Shown one piece after another: positions 1-13,688 of a DNA stretch of 64,000 nt (position 1 is its first letter; the number at the start of each line of letters is the position of its first letter). Source of the DNA: Eledone cirrhosa (taxonomy: Eukaryota). The notes under the pieces were generated by a model, which worked only from the letters and a program-made list of their open reading frames with translations, made no database searches and was not told the origin of the DNA. The DNA is taken from assembly GCA_964016885.1 (NCBI GenBank), contig OZ024742.1:179924001-179988000 (forward strand), in the 5' to 3' direction. Both the position numbers and the translations under genes were made by a program.

Positions 1-9
1 CACCAGCTT

Positions 10-390
10 AATATTGGTTTCTGATTTAAGCACAAAGTCAACACTTTTGACCCCAGCACATTACTGGTGCTTTATTTTATCAACCCTGTTAGTATGAAAG
101 ACAAAGCTAACATGAGTAGCATTTAAACCCATAAGGTATAGTGCCATAACTATATGTCACAAAGCATGTCGTCTGATGCCCTACCAATACAGCTAACCCA
201 TTGCCTTACATCAACTTAATAATTGTTTCTACTTTTGGCACAAGGCCAGCAATAATCCCCGTGTATTACTGGTACTTTATTTTATCAACCTCGTAAGGAT
301 GAAAGGCAAAATTAACCTCGGTGGAATTTGAACTCAGACGATAAAAAGCCGCAACTCTTTGCTGTAAAGCATGGCTTCCGACGCTCTGAA
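10..390 (-). mobile_element. Two adjacent decayed copies of the Nin-domain-like tRNA SINE (SINE-B)
   Basis: Reverse complement of the SINE-B consensus seen at 31367-31548 (ttgtttctacttttggcacaaggccagc...ggatgaaaggcaaa...tttgaactcaga). Confidence 0.8.
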
Positions 391-462
391 TTGTATTACT
401 AATCCCCTCCGAATTCTTGGTTATTTCCAAAAGAATTTGAAAATTTGAATATCATAGGCAAT

Positions 463-798
463 GGAGTCACATGGCTTAGTGGTTAGAGCAATGGCCTTGC
501 AATCGAAAAGTTGTGAGTTCAATTCTCAGACCGGGTGATGTGTTGTTTCCTTGAGCAAGACACTTTATTTCACATTACTCCAGTTTACTCAGCTGTAGAA
601 ATGAGATGCTAGGGACTGGGGTCCATATCATTCCACTGCAAAGTGGTCGTGGAGGTGCCACGGCAAAAAAAGCACCCAGCACTCACTGTAAATGAGGTTG
701 GTGTTAGGAAGGGCATCCAGCTGTAGAAATCAAGCCAGAATCAGTTCCTGTCTCACCCTGGCAAGCAGGGAAAAAAAAGTGGACATAAAATAAAATGA
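463..798 (+). mobile_element. tRNA-derived CORE-type SINE with RTE-derived tail (SINE-A)
   Basis: A box tggcttagtgg, B-box-like gagttcaattc, CORE-like ccttgagcaagacactt; 3' end matches the RTE terminus at 13630-13680; about 9 copies in the window. Confidence 0.88.
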
Positions 799-1146
799 AT
801 GTCTTTCATGAGAAATATGGTAATGAAAATGGTTAACTTCAGACCAACTCATAGTATTAAATGTCAGATGATTCATGTTTTGGTTAGAAAGTCATTTAGA
901 CTGTTATGTTACAATGCTGGTTACTTTAATAATACTATCAGCCAAAGATAACAACAAATATGTTGGCAAAGCAACAACAACCACAACAAATATAACAAAT
1001 AGAAATAGACACAAAATAAATGAAGGCAGGGTAGGCAGGATGGTGGGGGAATTCATTATCTGCTAGGTAAGATGACATACACCTGACCTACTTGTCATTA
1101 TTTTAGCCCTCAAGTATCAATACACCACTTATCTATTATGGTAAAC

Positions 1147-1716
<570 letters not shown>

Positions 1717-1865
1717 CTGAGTATATGTTGGTTGTTTACCGACACCTCAGTATGCAGATTGGAGCACTCGACGAAGTACACAGGTTGGTTTGGTTACTCC
1801 GAAGTAATGTAAAATAAAGTAATTAAGTCAAATATTTAAAATTTGGCTTCGTTTATTAAAGATGT

Positions 1866-1920
1866 ACTGCTATATATATTTCCGTGATAGTCATCATTGC
1901 CTGTGACCTCTTCAAGCAGT
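1866..1920 (-). ncRNA. Type I hammerhead ribozyme motif (C3U core, decayed stem II)
   Basis: Exact reverse complement of 2160-2214. Confidence 0.75.
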
Positions 1921-2159
1921 CCGAATTGGTGTGGTAGAGACAGGTACACATGTTGTTAAAGTGTTTTACTCCGTCAATACTCCGATATGTCCAGTTCCTG
2001 GTTGGGTTGTTATTTCTCTGAGGAACTGGAATCATATGATTCATATGATTCCAGTTCCTCAGAGAAATAACAACCCAACCAGGAACTGGACATATCGGAG
2101 TATTGACGGAGTAAAACACTTTAACAACATGTGTACCTGTCTCTACCACACCAATTCGG

Positions 2160-2214
2160 ACTGCTTGAAGAGGTCACAGGCAATGATGACTATCACGGAA
2201 ATATATATAGCAGT
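2160..2214 (+). ncRNA. Type I hammerhead ribozyme motif (C3U core, decayed stem II)
   Basis: actgc-ttgaaga-ggtcacaggcaatgatgactatcacg-gaaa-tatata-ta-gcagt; homologous to the intact copy at 53726. Confidence 0.75.
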
Positions 2215-2664
2215 ACATCTTTAATAAACGAAGCCAAATTTTAAATATTTGACTTAATTACTTTATTTTATATTTATATATATATATATATATACAGATA
2301 TATACATATATACATGTTTATAAATATATATATGTGTATATTTATTCAATTTAAGAAAGTTGGTTGAAAATCTGCCAACTTTTTCTCAACTGATATAAAG
2401 CACTCCACAATTTTTGTTCATCTGGAGTTTTATACAAGAAAAATGGATTCATTTGTACATCCCCATTTAATTCGTTATACGTATTTCAAAGACGTAAGGT
2501 ATTTGTGTAACAACTCCCCTATGTGTTCTCTTCAGACAAAAATCCAAACGAGATGTATGTGTTATTCCCTTTGCTGTGCTCTATTCCACTCAGCTAGCAC
2601 AAGTGAGTTGGACTGTAATTTGAAGGGCTATCCTTGTCATATTATGTGTCATGCTGAGGCAGTG

Positions 2665-2845
2665 GATTGACAGTATCGGTAGAGGGTCGGACGCCATGCT
2701 TTCGAGCATAGTTACGTCCCTTTACGATCTGAGTTAAAATCCCGCCGAGGTTGACTTTGCCTTTCATCCTTACGGAGTCGATAAAATAAAGTACCAGTAA
2801 TGCACTGGGTAATTGCTGGCCTTGTGCCTAAAGTAGAAACAATTA
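2665..2845 (+). mobile_element. Nin-domain-like tRNA SINE (SINE-B)
   Basis: Near-identical to 31367-31548. Confidence 0.88.
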
Positions 2846-4049
2846 TGTGTCATGCTGAATCTCCCTGAGAATTAGATTAAGGGTATGAGTGTTTGTATAA
2901 TGCTGAGTCATTTGCCTGTTAATTTCAAGAGCAGGCTGTTTTGTTGATCATATCAACTGAAAAACTCGTCAGCCTAACCTATAGAGTGCCATTTAGTTAT
3001 ACGCATTACTGGAACACATTAACACAAGCACATACACACAAATGTACACACAAACACATGAATATACACATACACTTGCTCACACGCAGACACATACATG
3101 AACACACACACTTCTATACATGCCGAATACAAAATATATGTTTTAAAGCTATACACTACTTACCACAAAATTAGTAACACTTATACTCACTTATACAGAA
3201 ACCCACACACACATATCCACACAGACACACACATACATCCACATAGATAGACACATACACTCACCATACAAAAGATGTTTTCAGGCTATACTCTTATCAC
3301 TAAAATTAGTAACACTCACAAGAGATAATTATAATAGTTTTATATTTTTTAAAGCACAAATCACATTTATTTATTGGTTTACTTTTTTAACATTTTTGTA
3401 TTTTCTTTTTTTCCTAAATATTTTTTTTTTTTACATCTTCCTGAATCCATTTCTCTTGGCTTCTAAATAATTATAGATACATGAAGATGTATTGAGATGA
3501 TAATAATGTTCATGGTCTAGAAGAACAAGAGCAACAATAGAAACAACAATAACAATAGACATACAAATGCTTTCTTCATTGATTCATTTGTGGCTCCTGG
3601 CATTTTATCTTGACTTAATTTCATCTTTTATTCTTGTAATGCTGATGACAGTACTTATAGTCAAATATCTGGAAGACTTAGAGAAGACATTCTAGAAGTG
3701 CAGCAAAAACATTGAATTGAGAGGGTTCTGAGTAAACTTATCAAAGAATAAAGTTTTAGTAAGTAGGGAAAAAATGAAATGCATGCTGCTATTAGGAAAA
3801 TGGCAGTGTTTGATATATAGAAAAGGAGTAGATTGGAATTCTATATGTTGTAACCAATGTATACAATACATACACAAGATTTAGTGGGATCACAGACAGG
3901 TTCATGGAGAAAGTATTTTATGTGAGGCAGATGCACAAGGGTAGTTGGTAGTTAGAGCACAAGTAAAATTGATGTTTCCAATCCAAAGAAGATTCCATAG
4001 AAGTAGTTGATTGCTTATGTTTCTTAAGTGAACAAATAAGCAGTGGAGG

Positions 4050-5620
4050 CAGTATTTATGAAAGCATAGAAGCTAAAGTAAGTATAAGATGGAAAATGTT
4101 CATGGAGCGTATTACCTTTACTGGCTATAATGAGTTTTTTCTTTTAAAGTAAATGGTAGAAAGTAGAATACTTATATACAAAATGCTATGTCATTATATG
4201 CCAAGGATGTGTAAAAGGCTAGAAAAAAATGAAGCAACCATGTTCTGGTGGATGTGTAATATTGTGAAGACTCCAATATATGGTGATGGAATGAAGAATA
4301 TGACTGGTTGGTTATGTCTTGCAGCAGCTAGATCACCAATATCAACCAGCATTAAGATAAATAGCAACATGTGAAAGAAGACAGGAAAGATTGTATAACA
4401 TTGAAAACTTTCAATGGGACTTGAAGGCTATCAATAGAGACACTGAGACAACATAGCAAAGCACACAATTAATCAGGAACACTAGAAGAAAACAGTTGGT
4501 GACTTCTTGGGGAGGAAGTTTGTAAAAACACTCATGTACTAGACTTCAAAATATATGGTACCTTATATATGTTGTATGTAACACACATATATATCATACA
4601 GCATTCCAATGGTTTGAAAGCTGGGTTCTCTGATCCCTCTATTCAAGTGAAAAGGCAATCTAGACTGCAGCTTGTATAGAGCAGTTAAGTTAATAGAACA
4701 ATAAATGAAGTTATTGGAAAGAATATTATGGAAATGGATAAGGCAAAAAGGGAGGACTGATGAAATGCAGTTTAGATTTGTGCTAGGAAAAGATCACATG
4801 AAATTTCTACTGTGATGTGGTTACAGAAGAAGTACTTGGATAAAAATAAGAATTTTATTTAGGGGTTCGTTTCTCTAGAGAAAGCTTATGATAAGGTTTC
4901 ACCTGAAGTAGTTCTGAGGAGGGAGAGAGTTGGGGGTAGAGGAATGGTTAGTTAAAGTAGTGATAACAATGTATGAAAAAGCATGTATAGTTAAAGAATG
5001 GAAACAGTGTCAAGTTTGATGTGAAGGCTGGAGAGCATCAGGGTTCATTATGAAGCCCAATATTTGTAGATGTGATAGAGATATTGGTCTGAAGTATATA
5101 CCAAGTATATACCATAGGAGTAGCTGTATGCAGATGACCTGGTAGAGAATATGAATGGACTGAGGGAGAAGGAATAAAGAGGTAAAGCATGTTATGAAGT
5201 CGAAAGAACAAGATGGTGACTGTGTATAGTGTGTAGGAAAGGTGATGGAGTTAACATCATTAAATATACAATAACTAAGTGGTTACATTGTAACTAGGTG
5301 GTTACATTGAAATTGTAGGGGTGCAAAAGGAATATTAAATAGTGTGGCACTTACATTTTGGTGCAAAAAGTGTATACAGATGGAGCAGGGTATTGAGCTG
5401 GATCTTGGAAATAGTATGGAGATGGAAGGTGAGAAAACATTTTGTTATCTAGGAGATGGTAAAAGGTTGCTTGGACTCAGCAACAGTAGCTACAGTGAGA
5501 TGTGCATGGAAGAAGACCCAGGAGATGAATTTCATGTTAATGAGAAGGGAACTGTTACTGAAACTGAAGAGAAAGCTATATGATACATATATGCAAAGTG
5601 CCCTGATTTAGGTGATGAGC
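4050..5620 (+). mobile_element. Heavily decayed RTE LINE fragments
   Basis: Remnant peptides RLEKNEATMFWWMC, DEMQFRFV, EKAYDKV, LYADDL, FCYLGD; homologous to the RTE at 27177-30057. Confidence 0.75.
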
Positions 5621-5799
5621 AGAGCATTGGTCAGACAATGGACGACAAACAATGAATTGTAGAGGAAGATAAACATAGAGCTTGTGATTAATGTCATGAA
5701 GAGAAATGTGATTTATCTATTGTACCTACTAAATCTCAATTCAAAATATGTTGTATATTATAAATGTTAGATGTACAATAGAGGCATGACTTGTACATA

Positions 5800-6870
5800 T
5801 ATATATATACATATAAAATCAGTAGTTCAATAGATTCCTGGTTTACTGAGGAAGGTACAAAATTCAGCACTTTATGGCAGAGTGTATATATAAAAAATAA
5901 AGCGAGGTTTCACAGTAAGGTCTTTATTGTCTGTACACAGTTACAAACGTTTCACAGAAGGGTGGTTCAGGATCTATGTAAATGCTATAGACCCGACTCC
6001 AGCCTGATCTGCTCATCAGACTTGTTCTGGCAGTCAAGGACTTGTGAGTATCTCCACTTTTGCCTGTCAGTTATTTCCGGCACCACACCTGAATAGTGAA
6101 TTTTCCATCCTCCATCCTAAACCACAGTACCAGTATCAGGGAACTTTGTTGAGGAAACCTCAACTGTATCTAGCCAGTCCTGGTATTCTCTACTAGTTCC
6201 TGCTCCTTAGTTGTAAGGGTTGTAATGTTCCTGTCACCAATTGTTACGGTTTGCTACCTTATGAACCCTCCTATAGGTTTCCAGATACTCAGTATTTTTG
6301 CATTCATTCTATAACTTTCAGGACAGGTCTCTGACCCATCACCAGTTCATATATTTTTCAAATAGGTCCCTCAACATAAAGCCTGAATGCGTCCTTTATT
6401 ACCCTGCATGAAGGACAATGTAGTATAAATACTTTTATTGGATTTAACTATATTGCAGTGTTTTAGTGGGTTTATTTGAGTCAGTCACTAATTTGGTACT
6501 TTTCTGAGATCCACAAAACTAGGCTTTTTAGAGGCAGTGTCTACTTACCTCATCGTAGCTACATTTCTTAGGAGCTAATATTGTCATCCGTTGCTCCATT
6601 TCCCCAAGTAATTTACCACTGTTTGTCTGGGGTTACTTATTTGTCCAGCTGAAGCCTCTTTATATCACAACTAATCCTCGTATCTGGTGGCTGTATTGCT
6701 ATCTGCAACCATTTCTCTAGCAGAACAGCTCTGCAGGGAAATCACCCCTGTTTAATGACTATTTTCCATATTTGCATTGGTTAGATAAACTGTCAGATTA
6801 TGAGGCCAGATAGGTCAGATGTTCATGTCTTGCTTGTATGTTCGGTTTTTTGGTTTAGTTTCAGACTGAA
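5800..6870 (-). mobile_element. Decayed Penelope-like element 3' portion
   Basis: Minus-strand KVFILHCPSC near 6400-6435 resembles a GIY-YIG start; an HHR-like pLTR lies downstream; ends at (TA)n. Confidence 0.5.
5943..6025 (-). ncRNA. Hammerhead-like motif with extended stem II
   Basis: Minus strand: ctgatga-gcaga...gggtctat/atagatcc...tctgt-gaaa-cg-tt; stem I is weak. Confidence 0.6.
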
Positions 6871-7109
6871 TGTTACTTAATGGCAACCACATTATAGTGC
6901 ATACTCGGAATGTTTGAGGGGAACTTACAGGATGGAAGGACTTCTTTTTGTTGTTGCGCCATCGCTACGGCATTACAGAATTGACTGGGTGTGTTTTATC
7001 ATGTTACTAGTGCTACCACATTATGACACTTATAGGGTGCTCATTGTGTCCTTCACGCAGCTGAAGAGACAATGAGAAGAGTAATAACCTATCATATTAT
7101 AACTATCCA

Positions 7110-7443
7110 TATACAGTCAGCAGGCACCTCTTAACTCAATGTACGCCCCTCCCCCACAACCTACCCCATCTCCTTCTCCCATTCCATTGACTGTGTCGAT
7201 GGCACAACAGTCCACACTGTAAGGTGGCCTTGTAGGAGACACAATGAAAAGGCTCCCAGTCAACACAGTAAATGTGGTTGGTGTTAGGAAGGGCATCTAG
7301 CTGTAGAAAGCCCGCCAGAGATGCTTCCGTGCGAGCGGAGACATGGTCACCCAACCATTTTTGCATCAAATGGAATAAAACCGTCTAACCCATGCTAGCA
7401 TGGAAGATGGACGTTAAACGATGATGATGATGATGATGATGAT
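7110..7443 (+). mobile_element. RTE 3' UTR fragment with (GAT)n tail
   Basis: Close match to the reverse complement of 27177-27510. Confidence 0.85.
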
Positions 7444-7979
7444 ACCTTACATGACTGTGGAGGTGGTTTGTTGGTGAAGCATTAGAGAGGCACACAAATG
7501 CCTTACAGTATAGTTTCTATACCCTGAGGGTCAAATCCAATTGAAGTAAATTTGTCTTTCCTTTTTTGAGGTTCAATAAAATAAATACTAATCAATGCTA
7601 TGTATATCCCTAATTTTCCTTCAAATTAAGGATTATTCAATGTCCTAGCCACATTCAAATTTTATCAAAAACATGATGTAATATCAGAAATTTTGGTAAT
7701 GAATAAACCAATATAAAAAAGGCATAACAAAAAGAACAACATCTACAAAGATCTGAATGAACAAAAAGATGAAGTAAGAAAGAATGAAAAAAAGTAAAAA
7801 AGGAAATGTAAAGTGGCAGGCAAATAATAATCTCAGAGATTTACTGACTGGAACTATTTAAATGAAGGGAACTTCAGAGTTGATTTCTACATTAATAGAG
7901 TTCTTTACTGTGTTGTGAATGGCTAAGCAATTCCTTTTATTTGGTTCCTATAGTGAAAGATGGAAAAATTATGTATGTA

Positions 7980-8034
<55 letters not shown>

Positions 8035-8148
8035 TTATATATATATTTATGTATATATTTATATATATACACATATGTATATGTATATGTATATGTATAT
8101 ATATATATATACATATGTATATATGTATATATATATGTATATATGTAT

Positions 8149-8385
8149 ATCATCATCATCATCATCATCAACGTTTAACGTCCGTGTTCCACGCTTGCAT
8201 GGGTTTGGACGGGGGTAGTCCCACTTGAGGCAAGAGTGATTGTCTTGCTCGCATAGGACTGTCTGGCAGGTTTTCTACAGTTGGATGCCCTTCCTAACAC
8301 CAACCACATTTACAGTGTGGGTCTGGGAGGTTTTTACCGTGTTGCCTACACGGCCACATTACAGCGTGGACTGTGTGTTTTTTTG
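8149..8385 (-). mobile_element. RTE 3' UTR fragment
   Basis: Near-identical reverse complement of 58145-58380; (CAT)n tail. Confidence 0.85.
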
Positions 8386-8562
8386 TCGTTATATACATAT
8401 ATATATATATGTATATACATATATATATATACATATATATATATATGTATATACATATATATATATGTATATACATATATATATATACGTATATACATAT
8501 ATATATGTATATACATATATATATATATGTATATACATATATATATATATACATATATACAT

Positions 8563-8887
8563 GAATCATATGATTCCAGTTCCTCAGTGAAATAACAACC
8601 CAACCAGGAACTGGGCATATCAGAGTATTGACAAAGTTATACACCTCAACAACATATGTACTTGTCTATACCACACTAATTCGCACTGCTTGAAGAGATC
8701 ACAGCCAAAGATGGCTGTCACCGAAATATATATATAGCAGTAATAAATGAAGCTAAATTTTAAACATTTGACTTATTTATTTTATTTTATTTTACATTAC
8801 TCCGGAGTAACCAAAGCAACCTGCTCACTTCGTCGAGTGCTCCAATCTGCATACTGAGGTGTTGGTATACAACCAACATATACTCAA
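8563..8887 (+). mobile_element. Penelope pLTR-like HHR unit (family H1), single copy
   Basis: Homologous to 1717-2040 (reverse) and 53605-53927; flanked by (TA)n. Confidence 0.85.
8685..8741 (+). ncRNA. Type I hammerhead ribozyme motif (C3U)
   Basis: actgc-ttgaaga-gatcacagcca aaga tggctgtcacc-gaaa-tatatata-ta-gcagt. Confidence 0.8.
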
Positions 8888-8945
8888 AATTTATATTTAT
8901 ACATATATACACGTATATACATACATATATATACATACATATACC

Positions 8946-8985
<40 letters not shown>

Positions 8986-8990
8986 TACAC

Positions 8991-9024
<34 letters not shown>

Positions 9025-9026
9025 AC

Positions 9027-9066
<40 letters not shown>

Positions 9067-9207
9067 ATATACACACATATATATATATATATGTATGTAA
9101 CAGCCGTGCTAAGAGTGAGAAATGAAATTTCGTTTCATTTTTTCCATATATGTATATATATACATATATACATACATATATATATATATACACATATATA
9201 TACACAC

Positions 9208-9242
<35 letters not shown>

Positions 9243-9326
9243 CATATATACACATATAAATACACACACACATGCATATATATATACACATACACACATA
9301 CATATATACACAAACACATACATGCA

Positions 9327-9364
<38 letters not shown>

Positions 9365-12324
9365 CATTATATACATGCACATAGACACACAACACACAAG
9401 AGAAAGTGAAGAATATGATGTATTGAAGTGCTGAGTTTAGCAATTGTTAAAAATATATAATCCAGGTGATTCTAAAATAATTTCACGAATAAATGTAGAC
9501 ATTTATTTCTACATCATTTTTATATGAGACATTAGTTTTGCTTTTTTCTTATTTTTGTAAAAAATTATAGATTTTTATATTTCTCTAAAAATACAACTAT
9601 ATACAAAAAAAAATACACAGAACAGAAATGCTATGTATTGCGTTCATTTTCTTTACATTTTTCATGTTTTGTATGTGGTTGATGAATATATAATTTAGAA
9701 TATTTCATATATTGGAATAATCTACAGGAAATCCTGGAATTGATGTCTTTTTCTTCTAATCTATTGGTACCATTGAAATGTGGAGTAGCACCTTCAGTGA
9801 TTATTTTTTTAACCCTTTCATTACCATATTTCTAATACAAGACACTGCCTATGATTTTCAAATCATTTTGAAAATAATCAATAATTTGGAGGGATTTAGT
9901 AATAGAAATTTATCATTATTAAGCTGGTGTTTGGAACATAACTTTACAAAGATTCTTCAATAAAATTATGATGGAAGACTTTTAAATAACATTTTTTTCT
10001 ATCATAGAACAAGAGTTGATTTCATGCAAAAGGGTTAAATATCATTATAATAAGGCTATGGAGGTGGTTGATTACAAGATCACTAGACTATCAGATGCAT
10101 TGTAGTATTTCTATTGGCTCCTTAGATTTTAGGTTCAAATCGTTCCAGGATTGATGGAATAAAGTAGCAGTCACTAAAATCACTAGATATTCAGAAAAAT
10201 AAAATACTATACTGTTGTCTGTATTTCAGTTTTTAAAATAAGTACACTGTATACTTATGCATCATAAAAGGGTTGGTACCTGTAATGATGCCTGTAGGCT
10301 ATACTTGAAGACACTTGTCCGAGGTATCACAAAGTGTAAGTGAATCTGAATGACTCTGGGTTTAAAGCAAACTTCTTAAACACACAACCATGATGGCACC
10401 ATCAACTCTTGCCCAAGGTGTCACCCAGTGAGGTTGAATCTAAAACCATATAGTTACAAAGTGTGCTTCTTAACCACACAGCCAGACCACACTTTGCAGC
10501 ATAAAATATACAAATAAATAGTCACATTTAGATTATCTTATCTAGAGTCTCTCTTTTCTTTTAAAATGTTAGTGTGCTATTTCTAGAGTGAAACTAATCT
10601 CTACCTCTGATGGAAGAACAGACACAGGCCACCTAATAAGCTGCTACACAATTTCAATCCACTCACAAATTTTGAGTTGACTCAGCGTCTATGGTACAAG
10701 ACACTTTATAACATGCTACCAGTTGAATTGAAAACAAGACTACATAATTGTGTAACAGACCTTTTAAATACACTCATCCAACTGGCTGATATTTTAGCAT
10801 GATGATAGACATACTGCAGCAATAATCCAAAGAAACATTTAGTTGGCAGTCCAGCACCCTATTGACTCAGTCAGATAAATGTTGTTGCTAAAGAAAAGAA
10901 AAAAATAGAAAATATGGTGTGAAAGAAACCATTAGTATATTAGAGAAATACTGTGTGCAATTTGGATCAACATCCTGCAGTATTTTTGATCAAGTTAGTT
11001 ACTAAAATATCCTCCCTTGAATCTTATTTCATAATAAATGTCAAACATAAACAAAACATCAATATAAATACCAATAATTCGAAACATGAAGAATATATAT
11101 TTTATGTGTGTGTAGTTTGTATAACATTCTGGTGTGAAAGAACTAGTCAACAACAACAAACTATAGTCATTTGAAGTCATTTGAACTCAGCTGTTCAACC
11201 TCATGTCGTAATCTTTGAAATGAACCCATAAATAAAGATTAGTATCGAATATTTCATAAATGTCGACTTGAAATTACATTACTATGTAACCAAGCAGCTT
11301 TATGGCATTAAAGTTATATATCTTAGATACAATATAATAACACAATTAATGGTTGAATCCCAAAGTTTCAGTTTTTGAGACAGATTTCTCAGAGTTAATA
11401 TGATTTGTCAAATGTGTCTGAACGTCACAAACATCACAAGCATTCACTCCAACAATGCTCAACCTAATATAGACAGAAATATACATCAGAAATACGTGCA
11501 CACAATTATATATACACACATACATCCACACAAATATACATATATATTTCATACATAAAATACATACATTATAACAGATATATAATTATGTATACCTGCA
11601 TACATACCTACTATAAAAAGTATATATACACATGCTTATATATATATTCATGCTCAATATATATAAATATATGTATAGACAAACATCTTTTCAAAGAAAC
11701 CTGTAAATTGTAAAGCTGGGACTTTTGACAGCATAAACTGTCGATTTCCTACAATGTCTTCCAAACCCCAAATTAATATTGATTAAAAACGAAACAAAAA
11801 ATAAACAACAGATAAATAAAAGAGAAATGAAAAGAGAGAGAGAGAGAGAAAAAAAAAAGAGGAAATTCTCATGGAAATATTATGTGAACAAAGGTTTCTG
11901 AAGATCTGAGAAGAAAACTGTATGCTGTATAGATGTGAAAAATACAATACCAACCATTCTCTCATGTCCATATACTCCCCCCCCTCCTTCTCCTCCCCAT
12001 CATCATTCTCACTACCACCAACACACCATCACCACCACCAACAACAACCATTACTACAACTATCATACTACACCACCCTCATCATCATCAGCAACATTAT
12101 CAGCATCACTATCATTATGATACTCTACCACTCTCATCAATGTTACCACCATCACCATCACAACCACCATGAGACTGGGACTAACACATTACTCAGTGGT
12201 ATTAGTAAGAGAGAGGCAATGAAATGGTTACAACTAGGAATCAATATTACATTGCAGACATGTTTAGCTCTACCACCAACACACATACTTGACCTTAATG
12301 ACATTAAGGATTTCTGAAAATCAT

Positions 12325-12590
12325 TGAGGAGTTCATAATTGTTTAGGGCTTATTTCAGATTCATGGGATCCCTGAGGGGGATCAGAATTGTTTGGGGTTT
12401 AATTGAGATTTATGAGATTGCTGAGGGGTTCATAATTGCTTTGAGGTTTATGGGATCAATTAGGTGGTCATAATTATTGGGGCTTAGATGTAATTTCATT
12501 TGATCCCTAAGTGGTTCATAATCGTTGGTGTTTAGCTGTAGTTCCTGGGATGATTGTGGAGTTCATAATTATTGGCTTTTATCAGTAGAT
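12325..12590. repeat. Degenerate ~45-48 bp minisatellite
   Basis: Recurrent gagg(a/g)gttcataatt...gggat motif, about 6 units. Confidence 0.7.
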
Positions 12591-12819
12591 TATGTGCATG
12601 TTCCATGATAGCAGGGGTTGGATAATTTACTATGTATGTGTGTATATATGTTGTTCCCATAATTCCTGATAAGGCATAATTCTTGATAGAGCCATATTGA
12701 CATACAGCGTTTCTTGGGCATTCTAAGCCTGGCAGAGCCCATCCCTATCCAGGCCTGAGTACAGCAGATTTCTTCTAGAGAAAGATAGAAAGTGCGAGAC
12801 AGGAAATGAGAAAGAAATA

Positions 12820-12990
12820 TAGAGGAAGAATTGACCCCAGTACTAAGCTGGTACTCTTTTGTGATCAACCTTGAAAGGATGAAAGGCAAAGTTGACCTCA
12901 ATGGGATTTGAACTCAGAGAGCAGAGAGCTGGAATGGATACCATAAAGCATTCTATCCGACATAACAACTCTGCTAATTCACTGCCTTTT
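12820..12990 (-). mobile_element. Diverged SINE-B copy
   Basis: aggatgaaaggcaaagttgacctc...gggatttgaactcaga. Confidence 0.75.
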
Positions 12991-13199
12991 ACTATATATA
13001 ACTTGTCAGAAATATGCTAAGATAATATCTGCCATGCAAAAAGGCAAACCAAGATGAAAATTTATTAAAATGTACCTGGTGCACTCTGAAGAGAAAAGGC
13101 ACCCTCATCACCACCACTAGGACCATCAGAGAGGTCAGTGGTGATGACCCATGCAATCCTTACAAGCAGGAAGAAGAGATGTTAAATGAAAATGATTTA

Positions 13200-13688
13200 T
13201 GTGTGTAAAGGCCGGTGGTATGATGCCTGTGTGAGGAGCGCGATGCTGCATGGTAGTGAGACATGGGCAGCAACCGCAGAGGATATGCGACGGCTGGAGA
13301 GAAATGAGGCAAGCATGCTCCGTTGGATGTGTAGTGTAAATGTGCGTGAACGACCCAGCATAAATGTGTTGAGAGAGAAACTGTGTCTGAGAGGGATAGA
13401 ATGTAGTGTACGGGAGAGGAGACTGAGGTGGTATGGACATGTGATGCGCATGGAGGATGACCGATGGGTGAAGAAGTGCCAGGAAATGCCAGTTGAAGGA
13501 AGACGTGGTAGAGGTAGACCACGAAAAACATGGGCGGAGGTGGTGAGAACAGACCTCAGATCATTGAAGCTCACGGTGGAGATGACGAGGGACCGTGACA
13601 AGTGGAGAGATGCTGTGCTGAATAAGACCCGTCCCACCCTTGCAAGCAGGGAAAAGCGGACGTAAAATGATGATGATGATGATGATGA
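13200..13688 (+). mobile_element. Young 5'-truncated RTE LINE (uninterrupted C-terminal ORF, (GAT)n tail)
   Basis: KGRWYDACVRSAMLHGSETWA...RLRWYGHVMR...GRRGRGRPRKTW, a typical RTE ORF C-terminus. Confidence 0.93.

Larger units (their letters stand above)
1717..2270. mobile_element. Penelope pLTR-like HHR unit (family H1) with perfect fold-back palindrome 1810-2270
   Basis: 230-bp arms symmetric about T2040; the left arm extends a further ~90 bp that matches the 3' ends of single copies 8563-8887 and 53605-53927; (TA)n on both sides. Confidence 0.85.
7970..9390. repeat. TA-rich microsatellite field interrupted by insertions
   Basis: Directly visible. Confidence 0.95.

Noticed and set aside
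463-540. tRNA genes at SINE heads
   Set aside because: A/B boxes run into SINE bodies; no complete cloverleaf or terminator.
1856-2224. Twin 97-aa ORFs on opposite strands
   Set aside because: A by-product of the palindrome; GTG start and no recognisable domain.
11922-12317. His/Ser-rich ORF
   Set aside because: CAT/CAC low-complexity tract with no splice or domain support.
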